Below, piece by piece: positions 60,560-64,000 of a stretch of DNA of 64,000 nt. The DNA is taken from the NCBI GenBank assembly GCA_013265495.1, contig MU057521.1, forward strand, positions 1,686,335-1,750,334, in the 5' to 3' direction. Position numbers and translations under genes: made by a program. The notes below the pieces were generated by a model. The model was not told the DNA's origin. It saw only the letters and a program-made list of their open reading frames with translations, and searched no databases. The stretch is from Vicugna vicugna (lineage: Eukaryota). The stretch's first letter is position 1, and every line of letters starts with the position of its first letter.

Positions 60560-61830
60560 CATTATTAATCCCTCCTCCTCTTCTCTGTCTAAAATACAGA
60601 CATTACCCACGTCTGTCTCCTGGAGCACTTCTCTTTTCTGTTTTCTGCTGTGGTGGTTGGCTGCCTGTACTCACCGGTCTCCATCATTTACCGTTCACGT
60701 TACCATGTTAAATACTCCTCGGTATTTCTCTAACCCTTATTTCTCTTCTAGGGATTAATTCCACTTCGGCTGCCAGCGGGATAATTCCACCTTGCTTTCC
60801 CCTACTGACACTCAATCAAATTGCATGTGGAACAGAGTTCAGCTTCTTTCTTTATTCAGCCAGTTCTTTCCCCTGGATTCCTGTTTTTACTGATAGCAAC
60901 TCCACTTCATTGGTTATCCAGACACAAAACTTTTGGCTCTGTTTCTCATCCACCAGCAGATTCTATCAGTTCTTCTGTCACAGCAGGTGCACTTTGTCCG
61001 TCCCTTTTCTGTCTCACTGCTGCGGTTGTCCCCTCACTGAGCTGGCTCCTTCCATGGTACACAGTCTTGCTTAGAGCCTTCAGTCCTCTAGTTCAGGATA
61101 TTCAAGCTCCCATATCTGGTTTCAACCCACTAACCTATGAGTCCCTTGAGGATGAGACTCCAGCTCAGAGCTGCTCAAAGTGTGGTGGTCCTCCGACCTG
61201 TGCCGGCAAGCCAAGTATTTGCTACTTTTCCACAATGCGATATGCACAGAAATTGAAACTTAATTTCATAGAAACATATCACTATATTGACATTGCCCCA
61301 ATGTCCAAGTAGACTCATGTAAACAGACTGGTTGTACAGGGAATAACTGATTTAGGTGTTGGTGAACTCACAGTGGTGAGCCACCTGTGCACTGACTTGT
61401 GTCCTGGTCGTGTGCATGTGACTACATATCAGTCTCTAATGGATGAGAAGTTTAGAAAATAGGTCCTTCTCCCTAGATAATTTGAAAAGCACTGGTCTTA
61501 TTTATTCTTGAGCCCCCCAGTGTTAGCACTTAGTAGGCACAGTTTTTGGTAAGTATTAGCTGACCAACCCACCTTCGTAGCCGTATTCTCACTCTCCTCG
61601 CACACCCTGCACTCATGTGTGAAACTCACCCTGTGCTCTCTCTTCAGTCCAAAGGCCATTCTGCTCTTCTCTATGGACTGCTTTCTTCTCCCATTTACAT
61701 CTGTGGAATTCTGCCTCCCCTTGGGATTCAGATGAGATGCTTCCTCTTCCATAGCATCTTTTTTGACCACCCTCTGTAATTTTATATATCATTTATCACG
61801 TACTTGCATCTTCATTCTTCATATGTCAAA
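60560..61830 (+). mobile_element. L2 fragments with a nested hAT-Charlie element (about 61167-61494)
   Basis: Pyrimidine-rich L2-like flanks. The insert is bounded by cagagctgctcaaa...tttgaaaagcactg inverted termini. Confidence 0.6.
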
Positions 61831-61949
61831 GCACATGTGGTTTTCCTCACTAAATCACTACATCTGTTGACAAACACCTTGTTTTATTTGTCTCTTACTG
61901 ACACAAGGCCATAGGTCACCATCATCCGCATCACTGTGGCCCTTTCTTG

Positions 61950-62110
61950 TTTGCAAAGCATGAGCATGTACTTCCATTTTATTTTCTCAGCTGCCTCGTA
62001 GGACAGGGAAGGTGCCATCTCCATTTTACAGGTTAAGGTTAGACTTAACAGAGACTTAGGTGACTTGCTCAAGGTCATGAATGCAAAATGTTGAGCAGCA
62101 AACTGGAACT
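61950..62110 (-). mobile_element. MIR
   Basis: atctccattttacagg...acagagacttaggtgacttgctcaaggtca. Confidence 0.75.
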
Positions 62111-63232
62111 AGAACATTGTCACGCTATCTTTCTACACATAGTAAATGCTCAATGAGTGTTTATAAAATAAATAAAATGCCTGTGTTAACTGAGGAGATT
62201 ATTGGAAGGAAGTTTTAACCACATTTTGCCTCTTTAAAAGTTTATCCCAAATAGTTGTATTATCAGTGAGCCTGAAAACTTTTGATATTTGCATCCTGAT
62301 AAGACTTGGCAATTTAAAGTGAACAGTGGGAATAACCTTCCTCTCCTTACAGATTTTATTTTGTCTCCTCATAAGACTTGAATTATGCTAGTGTTAGTAC
62401 AATGGGGGAGATGATAGTGCCACATGAAGACAACTTAATGTGTAGATCAGGGGAGACATGAAACATCTTTTCAAATCCTGTGGTCTCTTGTATCCAAAGT
62501 GAAATTTTTTAAAAATTCTGTGTACATATTCTAATATTCTGTGAACATTTGGAAATAGGCAAATTGTAGGTTTGTGTCCAGTTTTCTAATACAACCTGGA
62601 ATAAAAAAAGAGCTGACAAAAAAATCCTCTTGGGGACATTTGAAGAGGCCATATGCCATTCTTGCAGATTGACAAATCCTAGCTCTTGGCTGTCACTCGC
62701 CCTTGTGTTTCAGTGACTTTATGATATTGCTATTGCAAATTTAGTTAGCCTCATTTTATTTTATTTTTTCAAAGCGCAGAAAAATCACTACAGAGAACAG
62801 TGGGCTTTTTTCTAAGCTCCAGCCTTCATAGTCATGCTCTTCTACCAAGTGCATGATCTCAGCACTTTCTTGGCTTTGTAAAGTGAAGTAGAAGGTTCTT
62901 GTTGGTTGGTGGTTTGTTTGCAAAGGAGTTGGGCGTAGCCTAGCTAACTTTAAGGAATTGAGATTTTCAGCTGTTTTTCTCCTCTTGGAAGTGAGATGTG
63001 TTTTTGTTACATTGATTCCTCGTCCTCATTACTACTTACTTATCTTCTTGGCAGCTCATTCGCGGCAACTTCAGTCCATTAGCTAACCAGTTCTCGTGTC
63101 TGAGGTTCTGCCAGTTTTTCCCTGAGTCCTGCTCTGCCCTGAACTTGTTGATCCCTATTGTTGTTCTTTGTTTTATGATTTCTCAGTAAATCCTGGATGC
63201 CAAATTTCAGTATTTTCTGCATTTTACTCTTC

Positions 63233-63376
63233 ATATACACACACACACACACACACACTATATAAAGACAATATATACACATACTTTTATATGTATAAAA
63301 TATGTTTTTATAAGTATATATTTGTGTGCATATTATATATATATATTTTAATGTGTATATATTTATAGATATATAT
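63233..63376. repeat. (AC)11 at 63237-63258 plus a degenerate (TA)n low-complexity tract adjoining the SINE tail
   Basis: Read directly. Confidence 0.9.
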
Positions 63377-63461
63377 TTTTTTTAAATGAAAATACTGAGG
63401 ATTGAAACCCAGACCTGGTGCATGTTAAGCATGTGCTCTACCACTGAGCTGTACCCTCTTC
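63377..63461 (-). mobile_element. Vic-1-type tRNA-Ala SINE
   Basis: tactgaggattgaaacccagacctggtgcatgttaagcatgtgctctaccactgagctgtaccctc is the reverse complement of the SINE head. Confidence 0.88.
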
Positions 63462-64000
63462 TCTCAGGCAATATTTTAAAGGTGGAGATAGTTTTGGTAA
63501 TTACTCCCTGAGCCAGCTGAAAATCCAGATATATTTGCATACCTAACTCTGATGCATATGTGGCTCCCATTCATTTTTTTTTCCCCGAGTTCACCCATTA
63601 ATTCTGTCTTTAGGGCTGCTCATCTGCCTGCTCACTCATCTTCTCTCTTCCCTTAAGTATTCAGTGTAGTTGTAATGTGCTTAATGGTTATTCTGGGTTT
63701 TGTTTCTTGTGTTCTTTCAACCAGACCTTGGAAATAAGTGTTTAAGTGAAATTTTTTTTTCCCCTTAAAATGAACTAAGGTAAATCAATATGCATGCTTC
63801 TCTTCTAGCCTTAATGATCTAAATTGTGTTTCAGGAAATATTGTCAAGGGTAAGACCTTATGGAATTGTAGCTAGAAATAGCCAGAGAATCTGAACAGTT
63901 TCAAGGAAGGCCAGACACTGAGATTAAAGAAATCATGGAGAACTGTGATATAGTGAGACTCGTGAGTCACCATATTAGGGTGTGGCTTTTTATTTATAGC

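Noticed and set aside
60821..61312. Longest ORF in the track (163 aa)
   Set aside because: TTG start, spans an L2/hAT junction, no recognisable domain.
1..64000. Foreign or horizontally acquired DNA, NUMT, processed pseudogene, snoRNA, or a novel multi-gene system
   Set aside because: I recognised none by eye; all coding signal is explained by PHLPP1 exons and decayed transposons. Short ncRNAs could be missed without an Rfam/Infernal search.

Overview
Mammalian nuclear DNA lying entirely inside the PHLPP1 gene (PH domain and leucine-rich repeat protein phosphatase 1, also called SCOP) on the + strand. I read five internal coding exons with canonical AG/GT boundaries: 14668-14864, 21671-21796, 37628-37794, 57594-57740 and 58374-58604. 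They splice into one open frame covering the PH domain and the first leucine-rich repeats, and probably correspond to exons 2-6. The rest is intron: old L1, L2, MIR, MLT1 LTRs, hAT/Tigger DNA-transposon relics and microsatellites. Five tRNA-Ala(AGC)-derived SINEs of Vic-1 type, with no Alu, B1/B2, Bov-A, PRE1 or Can-SINE seen, point to a camelid (camel, alpaca or vicuna); this is an inference. Almost all ORFs in the supplied track are chance or repeat-derived. I found no convincing new multi-gene system. The best leads are: a MER53 hairpin with a seed-variant miR-1302-like arm; a CpG-rich hub in the intron before the 37628 exon that holds an antisense CRE-CCAAT-TATA module and a possible in-frame 30-nt microexon; a templated-inversion scar inside a Charlie1 relic; and a possible truncated isoform from read-through and intronic polyadenylation after the 57594 exon. 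Repeat family names and comparisons with human are from recall, not database searches, and repeat boundaries are approximate.
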